Assembly (NCBI GenBank): GCA_049517415.1
Contig: JBEKSC010000015.1
Coordinates: 1-64,000 of the forward strand
Origin: Candidatus Bathyarchaeia archaeon
GTDB lineage: Archaea > Thermoproteota > Bathyarchaeia > 40CM-2-53-6
DNA: 64,000 bases
Direction of reading: 5' to 3'
Shown here: in pieces, positions 9,816 to 19,732 of the stretch
Numbering within the stretch: position 1 is the stretch's first letter
Layout: each line of letters begins with the position of its first letter
Made by a program: the position numbers and the translations under genes
The notes under the pieces: generated by a model
The model's input: the letters and a program-made list of their open reading frames with translations, nothing else
Told to the model about the DNA's origin: nothing
The model's database searches: none

Positions 9816-10766
9816 TTGGTATCCAGAAAGAGAGTTGAAAGAAAGAAGGACCCGCGACGACTTCGAACATACTCATTTGTTGCCACGTTAGCCATCATCA
9901 CGATAATCATAGCAGCCTCATATTACCAAACGCTCCCGACAGTTGAGCATATTCCTGATGCGTTCGCATTCAACTTCCAAGAGTGGATGGCTTACGTTCC
10001 GGCCAATGCCGAGTACGTCGGGTACGTAAATTATGAGGAAGCTTACTCAGTTAGCGGTAACTTGTCACTCTTTGGCGAGAGGGTTCTAATTGAACTCCCT
10101 CAATTGGGGTTCGAAATCATTCCCTTGGATCTCACGTATGAAGTAGCGATTCAATTACCTGAACCGACATTCAGCGGTTCGGCACTGCTGCTTCAGGTTT
10201 CTACCGGAAAGCAAACGAGCCTTTCCCACGAACTTGAAGCCGCCAACCTCACAAAGATTCCCCCTCCCCGCACCTATGACGGGTTTGCGCTCTATGGATT
10301 ACTAATGCAGGAACTCGGAGACATGAGCCCAAGCCTTGGCTACTTGACGGTTGTTAATCACCACATAATTCTTAGCAATGACAAAAATACAGGCTTACAG
10401 AACGTGCAAGCGATCCTCGATCAAATACGCTCAGACAGAAGTAGCCTATTCGACGACTTGACGGTAAGAAGAAGCGTATATGCGACCGGGGTTACAGACC
10501 AGAGTTACATTGCCCTCTTTGTTGGTCGCTTTTCAACTCAACTTAATGATAGTGAGATGGCGACGAAATCCGTAATCGGAAACGGGGGGTCGATCCAAGT
10601 ATCCAGAGCGTTGCTTTTTTCGTCACCTGACGTTGCCCTTGCTCGTTGGGATGATGCACATCGAGTCTATGAAAATGCTGCCAGTTATCAGGTTCTTGAT
10701 TCATGGTTGGTAGTGACGTACGACTATCCGATTACAAGAATCCAGGCTGAAATAATCGGCATATAA
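9816..10766 (+). CDS. Hypothetical N-terminally anchored extracellular protein
   Basis: 316-aa ORF with basic N-terminus, one TM helix and a soluble domain. Confidence 0.7.
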   Translation: MVSRKRVERKKDPRRLRTYSFVATLAIITIIIAASYYQTLPTVEHIPDAFAFNFQEWMAYVPANAEYVGYVNYEEAYSVSGNLSLFGERVLIELPQLGFEIIPLDLTYEVAIQLPEPTFSGSALLLQVSTGKQTSLSHELEAANLTKIPPPRTYDGFALYGLLMQELGDMSPSLGYLTVVNHHIILSNDKNTGLQNVQAILDQIRSDRSSLFDDLTVRRSVYATGVTDQSYIALFVGRFSTQLNDSEMATKSVIGNGGSIQVSRALLFSSPDVALARWDDAHRVYENAASYQVLDSWLVVTYDYPITRIQAEIIGI

Positions 10767-10837
10767 GTTCATATCGCATTAAGTGCAGCGACAGGTTCTT
10801 AATGGAAAGCTAGTACGATTAGTGTAGAGCGTTCCAG

Positions 10838-12580
10838 ATGCCTAAGTCGTTTTTGGCCGTCCTTGTTTTCGTCGTTGCTCTAGTGGCTTTGGTTCCGGTG
10901 GCCGCCGCTTTTCAAATCAGCTCAAACGGTTCCCCTACGGTTACGCCGACTGACCTGCAGACTAAGGTGTATCAGGACCCGGACGGAAATGTTCACGTAT
11001 TGTGGCTCGTTCCAGGACTGAATGATTCGGTGAATGGGCCAGGCATATGGTACAGTAAGTACAGCCCCAATGGGACAGACACGATCCCGCCGACTAGAAT
11101 CACGAACAGCACGACCATCCAGGCGGCTGACATGGCGGTCGATAATAAGGAAAATGCAATCATAGTGTGGTCAGATGATGTTGTAACGAAGGCGTCAGTA
11201 TCGTCGGCGCTATATCTTCTGCACTTCAACTCAAGCAAAACGCAAAAAAACGAGATTCTGGCCACGCAGGGCTCGCTTATCTTGTGGCCTTCTCTGGCAG
11301 GAGACAAAAACGGCACAATTTACATGGCATGGACTGAATACGACCCTAGCACCGAGTATGCGATCGTGGAATACGGGACGATCAGATCTGCAACCGTTTC
11401 CCTAGAGAAGCAAATCGCATCGTATAACGGGGTACCCTCATTTCCACCTAAGGCGAGAGTGGTATTGGATAATTCGTCGGGACCCTTGCAAGTTGCGTGG
11501 GGAGAGAGCCAAGCGGATGGGCAATTTGATTCAACGGTCAACTATGCAAAAGTTGGATTCAATGGCACGGTCCTCGATAGGCTTCAGGTGGCAAGATTTG
11601 CCGCAACGCTTCGTGACTTAACGATTACGCCGACTACGGGGCAGGACGGAGCCTTTGTCGTCTGGCAAACGCAAACCTCGAACGAGTCAGTCTACGTCTC
11701 AGAGATCTCCGCAGGCGGGCAGCTTGCGTATCTGAAAGAGCTTAATTACACCACGGGACAATCGAAGTACCTTGCGTTCTCTGCCGATGGAAAAAACAAC
11801 CTCTATGTTATGTGGTATCAGCCTTCAGTGCTGGCCGCGACTACCATATCCATGCAAGCGCCTCCCACGAACGTAACCTACCTACGGATGAACCTTAACG
11901 GAGTCATTGTTCAGACCGGAAGTGACATGTTTAGATCGCCTATAATCGGAGTGACAGTTCTGAATGATGGAAACTTGTATGGCGTTTCCCCGGATGGCCT
12001 AGTGAATGTTGTAACACCGACTCAAGCGCAGAACAACTCGGTCTGGGTGGCCACAGTTGCCTTGATGAGTTGTATGGGTGTTGCTGGCTCGCTTTGGATT
12101 GAGGAAGGGCGTTACAAGTGGATTGCGTTCTGCTCAAGATTAGCATCACCTTCACCGAAGCAGTCGAGAGCCATTGGTCAGGACGTTTTGAGGTTACTGA
12201 TTAGGAAACCGGGGCTGAACATACACGACATAAAGCGGCACATCGGTAGCCGCGATGTCGGAACGTCGTCATTGATTGGGATGGAGCGAACAGGCTTGAT
12301 AGCCTCGTTCCGAGACGGGTTCTCTCGCAGATTCTATGTGAAGGCAATTGAAGGTGAGTTGGTTGACTCTCTCCGGAACCGAATCATGCTTTGGGTTCTC
12401 GATCATCCCGGAATATGGGAGGCACAACTTGCTAAGGACCTTAGGCTCAGCCAACAAATAGTCCATTATCATTTGAAGAATCTTAGGGAATCGAAGTTGA
12501 TAACTGCAATGGAGGACTCGGAGGGGGGCCGTAAATTCTATCGCTTCGCCTATAGAGTACCTTGCCCGCCGGATCAATAA
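10838..12580 (+). CDS. Membrane-spanning putative transcriptional regulator: extracellular beta-repeat domain, TM, tandem winged-HTH
   Basis: Signal peptide; repeated D..GN.HV.W / D.NGTIYMAW / DGKNNLYVMW blades; TM near aa 403-421; then KPGLNIHDIKR and HPGIWEAQLAKDLRLSQQIVHYHLKNLRESKLI. Confidence 0.75.
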   Translation: MPKSFLAVLVFVVALVALVPVAAAFQISSNGSPTVTPTDLQTKVYQDPDGNVHVLWLVPGLNDSVNGPGIWYSKYSPNGTDTIPPTRITNSTTIQAADMAVDNKENAIIVWSDDVVTKASVSSALYLLHFNSSKTQKNEILATQGSLILWPSLAGDKNGTIYMAWTEYDPSTEYAIVEYGTIRSATVSLEKQIASYNGVPSFPPKARVVLDNSSGPLQVAWGESQADGQFDSTVNYAKVGFNGTVLDRLQVARFAATLRDLTITPTTGQDGAFVVWQTQTSNESVYVSEISAGGQLAYLKELNYTTGQSKYLAFSADGKNNLYVMWYQPSVLAATTISMQAPPTNVTYLRMNLNGVIVQTGSDMFRSPIIGVTVLNDGNLYGVSPDGLVNVVTPTQAQNNSVWVATVALMSCMGVAGSLWIEEGRYKWIAFCSRLASPSPKQSRAIGQDVLRLLIRKPGLNIHDIKRHIGSRDVGTSSLIGMERTGLIASFRDGFSRRFYVKAIEGELVDSLRNRIMLWVLDHPGIWEAQLAKDLRLSQQIVHYHLKNLRESKLITAMEDSEGGRKFYRFAYRVPCPPDQ

Positions 12581-12804
12581 TTGAAGGAATACTGGCACAT
12601 TTCCACGTGAGCGGAGCCATATCGAGCTTTGCTGTGTTGTGTGTAATCGTCCGGGAAGTTTCGGGGTTGAAAGAAATTCCAAACATTGAATTGACGTAAA
12701 ACATTCGTTCTTCTACAATTATAGAAATAACAAGCTGACTCGACTTGATCCTATCGGTCAGCTGGCGGAAAAGCAATACTGCACGTGGAATTATCGGAAA
12801 CGGT

Positions 12805-13572
12805 TCAGAAGTTGGACGATATTAAGCAGCGTCGCGATTCCAGTATTGCTCGGCTTGAATTTACGGAACTACCAAATATTACCGGCGAGTTTCTGATCAC
12901 AACGGCTCCTATCTGTTCTCGTGCTTCCCCCATGAGCATGTGAGCCGCTGAAGCTAGATCGTCCGCGATATTGGTCTGAGTAACTCTTACCTCTCGCCCA
13001 TACAGGTCTGGTTTAGAGCGATAGTCATGCACGGGTTCAAACCCAGAAGATCCAATTGCGAGGCCGATAGTTCCCAGTCGAAGAGGTGTCACTCGGCTGT
13101 CAACAATCTCCACTCCGAGACAAGTAACCCCCTTCCGGGTTAAGTGCTTACGAAGCCGAGAAGCTGATTTGTCGGAGTTCCTAGGCCACAATGTCGCCGT
13201 CCCTCGCGGGGAGTTTTTCAAGTCCACTCCTGCATTTGCCGTTAAGATCCCATCTTTGATGGTGAGGAGAAAGCCGAGGATTCCACCAAGAATATAGTCG
13301 GCTTCCTGAACGACTATAGATGCAAGGTGCGTGTCCATTTTCCATTGTTCTGACAATCGTACGGCCTTGGCCGACACCCTAATTGTGTCGAGTCTGAGGA
13401 TGCGATTCTCGCAACATGATACAATTTTGCTCGCTACAGCGAGCACATCGCCATTCCGTAAACTCAGGTTTCTACGTCTCAGTGTGCGGTCGACGAGTTC
13501 ATTGAGATCTTCACCTTGCTTGACGAACGGGAATCTCACTGGCAGCAAAGTAACAGAGGTATATCGCCTCAA
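12805..13572 (-). CDS. cofE: Coenzyme F420-0:gamma-glutamyl ligase
   Basis: GDVLAVASKIVS, ANAGVD..N, IVDS...PLR.G, ADDLASAA..LMGEA.E. Confidence 0.9.
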   Translation of the reverse strand: MRRYTSVTLLPVRFPFVKQGEDLNELVDRTLRRRNLSLRNGDVLAVASKIVSCCENRILRLDTIRVSAKAVRLSEQWKMDTHLASIVVQEADYILGGILGFLLTIKDGILTANAGVDLKNSPRGTATLWPRNSDKSASRLRKHLTRKGVTCLGVEIVDSRVTPLRLGTIGLAIGSSGFEPVHDYRSKPDLYGREVRVTQTNIADDLASAAHMLMGEAREQIGAVVIRNSPVIFGSSVNSSRAILESRRCLISSNF

Positions 13573-13622
13573 TGTCTATCAATGGTGAAGATCTGTTCCG
13601 GAAAATGAGTAAATCTGCTCGG

Positions 13623-14249
13623 TTAAACCATTCTTGCGACCAGAGTTGCCATTTCTGGGCCTCTGTACCCGAGTTCGCCCCTGCTCCCGTGAGGGCGCTT
13701 GGTGCTCGTGGCGAACCCGCCTGATGGGGGATGCAACCGAAATACAGGTTTGAGACCCTTCTGCCACAGCTGCTTCAATGTGATACCACCGTCTGCAAGT
13801 GCGGTCACCAATCCGTCTACTGTTTCTACCCCGAACTTATCTTTGACCGATTTGTCTGTTATTCGGAGCCCGCCAAGAAGCTCTCCTCGTTCCTTTAGCA
13901 ACATTGCAATGTCTCTGGCCTTAACTTCGCCCCATGTCACGGAATCTTTTGCTTGACGCAACGTAGCTAGTACGTTCGCGTTATTCTCCAAGAGAACAGC
14001 GTTGAATTTTCTGTTCAGTCTAAGGGTCGTTAAGGTTTCTTCAGTTTGAATAGGCATGCCGAAGGACCCCTTGAGTCGTACTGCAAAGAGGAAGACTTTT
14101 TCGGGTGCAACTTGGACTGCCTTCTTTTGCGGTTGTGCCGCTTCCTTTCCAGCGGGTTTCTTGGAGGGAACTGCCCGTTTGCGAGGGACGTGTGCCTTGG
14201 CTTTCCGAGTAGCCTTGGGCTTTGTCTTGTGCTTCTGGGGAGTACTCAT
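13623..14249 (-). CDS. rpl30: 50S ribosomal protein L30 (uL30, long archaeal form) with Lys-rich N-terminal extension
   Basis: AVRLKG, TL..LRL.RK, VTWGE, KPVFRLHPP.GGF, GELGYRG. Confidence 0.95.
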   Translation of the reverse strand: MSTPQKHKTKPKATRKAKAHVPRKRAVPSKKPAGKEAAQPQKKAVQVAPEKVFLFAVRLKGSFGMPIQTEETLTTLRLNRKFNAVLLENNANVLATLRQAKDSVTWGEVKARDIAMLLKERGELLGGLRITDKSVKDKFGVETVDGLVTALADGGITLKQLWQKGLKPVFRLHPPSGGFATSTKRPHGSRGELGYRGPEMATLVARMV

Positions 14250-14845
14250 TTGCTTGTTTCCGGCTGTGACGCGTTTATCTTCGCCTCTACTTGGGCGACG
14301 AGATCCGGTAGATCCTCAGGCTTAAGTTTGTTTTTCAAGTACACCGAGAATCTCTTCTTGTGGGTTTCTGCTTCCGAACTGAGCTGTTTTGAATAATTGC
14401 TAACGTGTTGACCTTTGATGCGTTCCACTTTGGGAAGCACGGTTTCTTCGTGCGGGATGGTCAGACCCGCGTTTAGAGCTCCCTTCGCCGCTGCGAAAAT
14501 GCGCGAGCCAGGTCCTCGTGCGTATAGGCCGATATCTAAGATTGCTTGAGAGACGCCATTAGCTTTGGCTCTTCTGCCAGCCAGTAACCCCGTCAAGTAT
14601 GCGGCAGGCATGTTACCGCAAGGTGCCTTCCAACCGAACTCTTTCAACTCGGAGGAATGCGCGCTAGCGAGCACGAAATCGCCTTCCGGCTTCGCTTGGA
14701 TAATCTGCGCTCCTAAATGCTTGTTCGTTGGACGGATAACGAACCGTGCAATTCCCGATTTTACCAGCTTCTCTCTTTTCCCGTAATGTGTTCTTCCCTC
14801 GCGCCTCCTGCGGAACGGGAGATTATATTGTGGTCCTTTTGCCAA
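14246..14845 (-). CDS. rpl18: 50S ribosomal protein L18 (uL18)
   Basis: MAKGPQY..PFRRRREG.T.Y, GN.PAAYLTGLL, LDIGL. Confidence 0.97.
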   Translation of the reverse strand: MAKGPQYNLPFRRRREGRTHYGKREKLVKSGIARFVIRPTNKHLGAQIIQAKPEGDFVLASAHSSELKEFGWKAPCGNMPAAYLTGLLAGRRAKANGVSQAILDIGLYARGPGSRIFAAAKGALNAGLTIPHEETVLPKVERIKGQHVSNYSKQLSSEAETHKKRFSVYLKNKLKPEDLPDLVAQVEAKINASQPETSK

Positions 14846-14915
14846 CTTCCACGACTCTCTTCGAAGTAAACCCGAGTTCTCAGTGCGGAATTAAAGCGTT
14901 TCCAGTTGAGCAATT

Positions 14916-15308
14916 TCAAAAGACATAGGCGAGCAGACGCCCGCCCGTTTTGGCCGTCCTGGCGTCCATATGCGATACCACTCCCTTCGGCGTACTCACA
15001 ATGAGGACGCCGACGTCTCGTGAGGGAAGGTATCGTTCCTCCCAATCCTCGATCTCGGGCATCCTCACAGCATACCTCGGTTTGATAACGCCGCATTTAT
15101 TCACGCGACCCAACAGCTGGATTCTGTATTTACCAGCGCGGCCATCGTCGATGAATTCGAACTCGCCAATGTAGCCGTTCTTTTGCATTACACGCAGAAC
15201 TTGTCCCATCAACTTTGATGCTGGCCAAGCTATGCATTCGCGCTTGTGTCTTCGTTCATTATTGTAGATGGTGTTAAGGGCATTTGATAGTGGATCGAGT
15301 AGCGTCAT
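14916..15308 (-). CDS. rps8: 30S ribosomal protein S8 (uS8)
   Basis: DPLSNAL, GYIGEFEFIDDGRAG, NKCGVIKPR, STPKGV, GGRLLAYV. Confidence 0.97.
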   Translation of the reverse strand: MTLLDPLSNALNTIYNNERRHKRECIAWPASKLMGQVLRVMQKNGYIGEFEFIDDGRAGKYRIQLLGRVNKCGVIKPRYAVRMPEIEDWEERYLPSRDVGVLIVSTPKGVVSHMDARTAKTGGRLLAYVF

Positions 15309-15325
15309 CTATTTCGCCCGTGATT

Positions 15326-16060
15326 TCAAGTTCTAATTGCTCTCTTCGCCCGGCCAGTCTGTCGGGCGGCGATCATTCCAACCTTTCTTCCGGGCGGCGT
15401 GTTGCGACCGACGGTTGTTGGTTTTCCTGCGTGTTTGTGCCGTCCGCCTCCGTGAGGATGTGATGCTGAAATCATGGCCTGCCCCGTGGTAATTGGCCAG
15501 ACTCGTCCTCGTGCTCTCATTAACCTCTTAGCGTTTCCAGCCTTTAGGAATGGTTTCTCAGTTCTTCCCGCTCCGGCAACGACGCCGACCATAGCCATGC
15601 ATTTGTCGTTCATGTAAACTGATTTTCTTGAGGGCATGCGAACCTCAGTTCCCTGCGGAGTGTGCGCTACAATCATGCAAGAGGTTCCTGAAGATTTGGC
15701 TAAGCGACCACCATCCCCAGGGCGCAACTCCACGCTTGATACGAGTGTTCCTTCGGGTATGCGGCCCAGGGGTAAAACGTTTCCAACGTCCGGCGAGGCG
15801 TCGGGCCCGATGGTTATCCCTTGATTTAATGCGAGACCTTCTGGCGCGGTCAAGCAACAGGCGGTGCCATTGACGAACTCAATCAAGGCAAGTGGAGTGC
15901 CCCTTGCAGTTTCATGCATAATCTCTCTGACAACGCCCTTCAGTGAAGGGTAGGCTGGTGCCGTAGCTGGGAACCGTGCGGGCGCGATTCGCCTGAAGGA
16001 TCGGGAGACGAAGACCGACCCGCCCCTTCCTCTCCGTTGGACACGAATCTGCTTACCCAA
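15326..16060 (-). CDS. rpl2: 50S ribosomal protein L2 (uL2)
   Basis: MGKQIRVQRRGRG, ELRPGDGG, HPHGGG, PPGRKVG.IAAR.TGR. Confidence 0.97.
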   Translation of the reverse strand: MGKQIRVQRRGRGGSVFVSRSFRRIAPARFPATAPAYPSLKGVVREIMHETARGTPLALIEFVNGTACCLTAPEGLALNQGITIGPDASPDVGNVLPLGRIPEGTLVSSVELRPGDGGRLAKSSGTSCMIVAHTPQGTEVRMPSRKSVYMNDKCMAMVGVVAGAGRTEKPFLKAGNAKRLMRARGRVWPITTGQAMISASHPHGGGRHKHAGKPTTVGRNTPPGRKVGMIAARQTGRAKRAIRT

Positions 16061-16173
16061 GAATTATCATATCTATGACTGTTCTAATGGATTCTGAGTT
16101 TTATTCGGCGAGCGGTTCGGGATGAGCAAACATAAACCTTGTGGTTAAGTCAATGACTAAGTTGGTGGTGTGA

Positions 16174-16575
16174 ATGCCACTCTCAATCGTTTATCGAAGG
16201 GGTAGCCTTGAAGATCTTTCAAGGCTGCAAATTTCTGAAGGCCTTTCCGCTACTACTGAGAGCATCGAATTTAATGTCCTCGGCATTGGGCATGAGTTCT
16301 GGATTGCGGTCGAAGAAGGAAGGATCATTGGATTAACTGTGCTTAGCCGATCAAGTGTGAACGAAATCATAATCGTTTACCTCGAAGTAGCGCCTTCCCA
16401 CAAAAGCCGCGGTGTTGGCACAGGCCTAATCCAAGCTATCTTGGATCATTATCCCCAGAGCGAATTCTCGGTCATACCATTCGATGGAACAGAGGAATTC
16501 TACAAACGTCTCGGATTTGAATCAGCAAAGAATTGGGAAATGCGTAAGCGAGCGTCATATACACGGGCGAAATGA
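16174..16575 (+). CDS. GNAT family N-acetyltransferase
   Basis: LEVAPSHKSRGVGTGLI acetyl-CoA motif and FYKRLGF. Confidence 0.85.
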   Translation: MPLSIVYRRGSLEDLSRLQISEGLSATTESIEFNVLGIGHEFWIAVEEGRIIGLTVLSRSSVNEIIIVYLEVAPSHKSRGVGTGLIQAILDHYPQSEFSVIPFDGTEEFYKRLGFESAKNWEMRKRASYTRAK

Positions 16576-16589
16576 GTCGCAGGGGTCTA

Positions 16590-16790
16590 CTACCCAGTAT
16601 GGAGGTCGCAGGCAATGTAATGCCCCGTGTCCCGTTGAAGAAGCTCGGGTATTTCAGCAGAACACTTGTCGAATACGAATGGGCTACGTAGGGTGAACCA
16701 CACATCCAGCTGGAAGATTCAACGCGCTCGGAATCTCCCCTGCTGGTATTTTCCATAGTTTCGTTTGAGCAGCTTGGAGTTCAGAGACTC
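16590..16790 (-). pseudogene. Frameshifted remnant of an oligopeptide ABC ATPase C-terminal domain
   Basis: Manual translation gives KIPAGEIPSALNLPAGCVVHP, then after a frameshift near 16690 RSPFVFDKCSAEIPELLQRDTGHYIACDLHTG*, matching the GE.PS..N.P.GC.FHPRCP...C....P......H..AC pattern. Confidence 0.7.
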
Positions 16791-17001
16791 GCTGTCAGTG
16801 AAAGTATATAACGAACGTTAAATAGAATGCGATTGCGTTCGCGCCATCTTCGAGTTGAAGGCAAACGTCAAATGATGCAAGCTCGGAGCAAGACATATCG
16901 GCAGGTCCACTTTCGGCGTGAACAATCCAAACGGAGCTGCAAGTATTTATCGGATTTCTCTCTGAGGTTAATGGAATCAGCGAAGTGAGGCAGGTTCGTA
17001 A

Positions 17002-18300
17002 ATGCAAAGCGGTGACCGTTATCGTATAATCCTGATTGGAACCAGCCACAAGCATGCGCCCATACACATCAGAGAGAAGCTGAGCTTCTCACCCGAAACG
17101 CTCTTCGGCCGACTAAGGTCAATTCGTGAATTATGTACTTCAGTCGAAGAAGTCGTAATTCTCTCAACGTGCAACAGAACCGAGATCTACGTCGTTAGCA
17201 CGGATGTCGAAGCCTCTTCTCAGTGGATTTCTCGAAACCTAGCTGAATGGAGTCATATTTCGGAGCCGGACTTGACCGCGCACCTGTACAGGCTTGTCGA
17301 CGAGGAGGCCGTTCGCCACCTGTTCCACGTTACGCTAGGCCTTGATTCAATGGTAGTCGGAGAGAGCCAGATTGAGGCTCAAGTTAGGGAATCCCTCAAG
17401 TCTGCAAAGCAGGTAGGAACGGCGGGCCGGATTCTGTCAGATCTCTTCCAGCACGCAATGCGAGCCTCTAGAGAAATTCGAAAGCAAACCGGCCTAGCGA
17501 ATGAGAGCACGTCGGTCAGTGAAGCCGCGATTTCATTGCTTAAGAAAACTACTCACGTCATCCCGCTAAGAGGAATATTGTTAGTTGGAGCCGGAAAAAT
17601 GATCACGCTCGCAACTGAGGATCTGTCGAGCTTGGGCACAAAGAACGTCTTGGTCGGGAACAGGACAATCCAGCGAGCCCAAGAGGTGGCAAATCGCGTG
17701 GGTGGAAAATCAATACCGCTAGATAAAATTCCCGAGGCACTTAGAGAGATCGATGCAATACTCAGTTGCATCTCTGTTCCAGACTACATAGTGAAGCTGC
17801 CTGATGTAGAAACGGCCATGCACGCACGGAAGGGTCGCCAGCTAGTTATGGTTGATGCGTCCGTTCCGCGAAGTATCGAACCTGAGGCAGCTCACGTTCC
17901 TGGCGTCCAATTGTTCAACATCGATGACCTCGCTCCGGACATTCAGGCCAGTAGGGCTAAGGTCCTTCAATCAAAGATTGAATATGCCAGCAATCTGATT
18001 GAACAAGAAGTGCAGAACTTTTCCAGCAAAATTAGGACCTACGATGCCAATGCTACACTCAAGAACCTGAGAGAGTTAGCGGAGCAAGTTCGAGAAACCG
18101 AACTTGAACGGGCTCTCAGAAAAATGGGGAAGATATCTGAACGCGAGAAGGTCATACTCGACATCCTCACAAGAAGAATTGTCAACAAACTCCTCTATGA
18201 ACCGACAGCGCGATTAAAGGAACATACTGGCAAGGGGGACGGAGAGACTTACGACGCCGTCATACGAGAACTCTTCGCAATCAATCAAGGCGAAAAGTAA
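17002..18300 (+). CDS. hemA: Glutamyl-tRNA reductase
   Basis: ILSTCNRTEIY, GLDSMVVGESQI, GAGKM, VPR.IE, IVNKLLYEPT. Confidence 0.95.
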   Translation: MQSGDRYRIILIGTSHKHAPIHIREKLSFSPETLFGRLRSIRELCTSVEEVVILSTCNRTEIYVVSTDVEASSQWISRNLAEWSHISEPDLTAHLYRLVDEEAVRHLFHVTLGLDSMVVGESQIEAQVRESLKSAKQVGTAGRILSDLFQHAMRASREIRKQTGLANESTSVSEAAISLLKKTTHVIPLRGILLVGAGKMITLATEDLSSLGTKNVLVGNRTIQRAQEVANRVGGKSIPLDKIPEALREIDAILSCISVPDYIVKLPDVETAMHARKGRQLVMVDASVPRSIEPEAAHVPGVQLFNIDDLAPDIQASRAKVLQSKIEYASNLIEQEVQNFSSKIRTYDANATLKNLRELAEQVRETELERALRKMGKISEREKVILDILTRRIVNKLLYEPTARLKEHTGKGDGETYDAVIRELFAINQGEK

Positions 18301-18442
18301 TGCGAAACGTTCTCAAACTGGGGCTCTCGACCTTCACGTGTATCTGTGCGAGGGTTGAGGAAATACTAGACCAGCTCGGATGAACCGCCGAGTTTTCTAC
18401 GATGCAGAAGAGAAGAAGATCTCCAGCTCGATGTGAGGAGTA

Positions 18443-19732
18443 ATGAGAGTAAAGAAATCTGAAGCTCTTTACGAGGCGGCATCGAAACTTCTTGTTGGCG
18501 GGGTCGACAGTCCAGTCCGTGCTTACTTGGCGGTCGGAGGAACTCCGCCCTTCATAAGAAACGCGAAAGGGGCAAGAATCTACGATGAGGATGGAAATCA
18601 ATACCTTGACTACGTCTGCTCCTGGGGTGCCCTCATCCTTGGTTCATCACACCCTAAAGTTGTAAGCGCAATCCAGCGCCGCCTTCCCAAAGGAACGAGT
18701 TACGGTGCGCCGACGAGGTTGGAAACCGAACTCGCTCGTCTAGTAACCAGCGCATTTCCGTCAATTGAGAAACTACGATTCGTTAACTCGGGCACGGAAG
18801 CGACTATGTCGGCAATTAGGCTTGCCCGAGCTTACACGAACCGCGAAAAAGTGCTGAAGTTCGAAGGCTGCTACCACGGACACGTCGACTCACTTCTCGT
18901 GAAAGGCGGTTCGGGGATGGCGACACTCAGCACCCCTGATTCCGCCGGTGTTACGGAGGCCGAGGCCGAAAACACTCTCATAGCTCCATATAATGACTTG
19001 GAAGTCGTAGAGGCCTGTTTCGAGAGTTCCGAGGAAGAAATCGCCGCCGTGATCGTGGAACCCATCGCCGGTAACATGGGGTTGATTCCGCCTAGACCAG
19101 GTTTTCTTGAAGGATTGAGGAGTATTACACGAAAACACAGGTCTTTGCTTATCTTTGACGAAGTAATCTCTGGTTTCAGAGTTGCGCTCGGCGGCGCCCA
19201 GCAACTTTACCGAATCGAAGCTGATCTAACCTGCCTCGGCAAAATAATCGGCGGCGGCTTGCCAGTTGGAGCCTACGGAGGTCGCGGGGAAATCATGAAA
19301 CTGGTTGCCCCTGAGGGCCCAGTCTACCAGGCTGGAACATTGGCGGGGAACCCTCTCGCAATGACCGCTGGAATTACTACGATAGAAGAACTTCTCAAGA
19401 AGGGATTTTACGAAGCCTTGGAGAGAACATCGTTAGAGTTCCAGAACGGACTCCTAAAAGCCGCGAAGACAGAACGGGTGCCTTTACGACTTAATCGCGT
19501 AGGGTCGATGGTTGGACTATTCTTCACCGATCAAGAGGTGTTTGACTACTCCTCCGCAAAGTCGACTGATACTGGGAGGTATTCAGCCTTCTTCCATTTC
19601 ATGCTTGATAGCGGAATCTACCTCCCCCCGTCGCCCTTCGAGACGATCTTTCTTTCGTCCGCTCATACCGCAGCTGATGTCACGCGTACGGTGAGAGCCG
19701 CTGCGCAGGCGTTCGGAAAAACCACGAAGTGA
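18443..19732 (+). CDS. hemL: Glutamate-1-semialdehyde 2,1-aminomutase
   Basis: GGVDSPVRA, NSGTEATMSAIRLAR, FEGCYHGH, LGKIIGGGLPVGA, YQAGTLAGNP. Confidence 0.97.
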   Translation: MRVKKSEALYEAASKLLVGGVDSPVRAYLAVGGTPPFIRNAKGARIYDEDGNQYLDYVCSWGALILGSSHPKVVSAIQRRLPKGTSYGAPTRLETELARLVTSAFPSIEKLRFVNSGTEATMSAIRLARAYTNREKVLKFEGCYHGHVDSLLVKGGSGMATLSTPDSAGVTEAEAENTLIAPYNDLEVVEACFESSEEEIAAVIVEPIAGNMGLIPPRPGFLEGLRSITRKHRSLLIFDEVISGFRVALGGAQQLYRIEADLTCLGKIIGGGLPVGAYGGRGEIMKLVAPEGPVYQAGTLAGNPLAMTAGITTIEELLKKGFYEALERTSLEFQNGLLKAAKTERVPLRLNRVGSMVGLFFTDQEVFDYSSAKSTDTGRYSAFFHFMLDSGIYLPPSPFETIFLSSAHTAADVTRTVRAAAQAFGKTTK

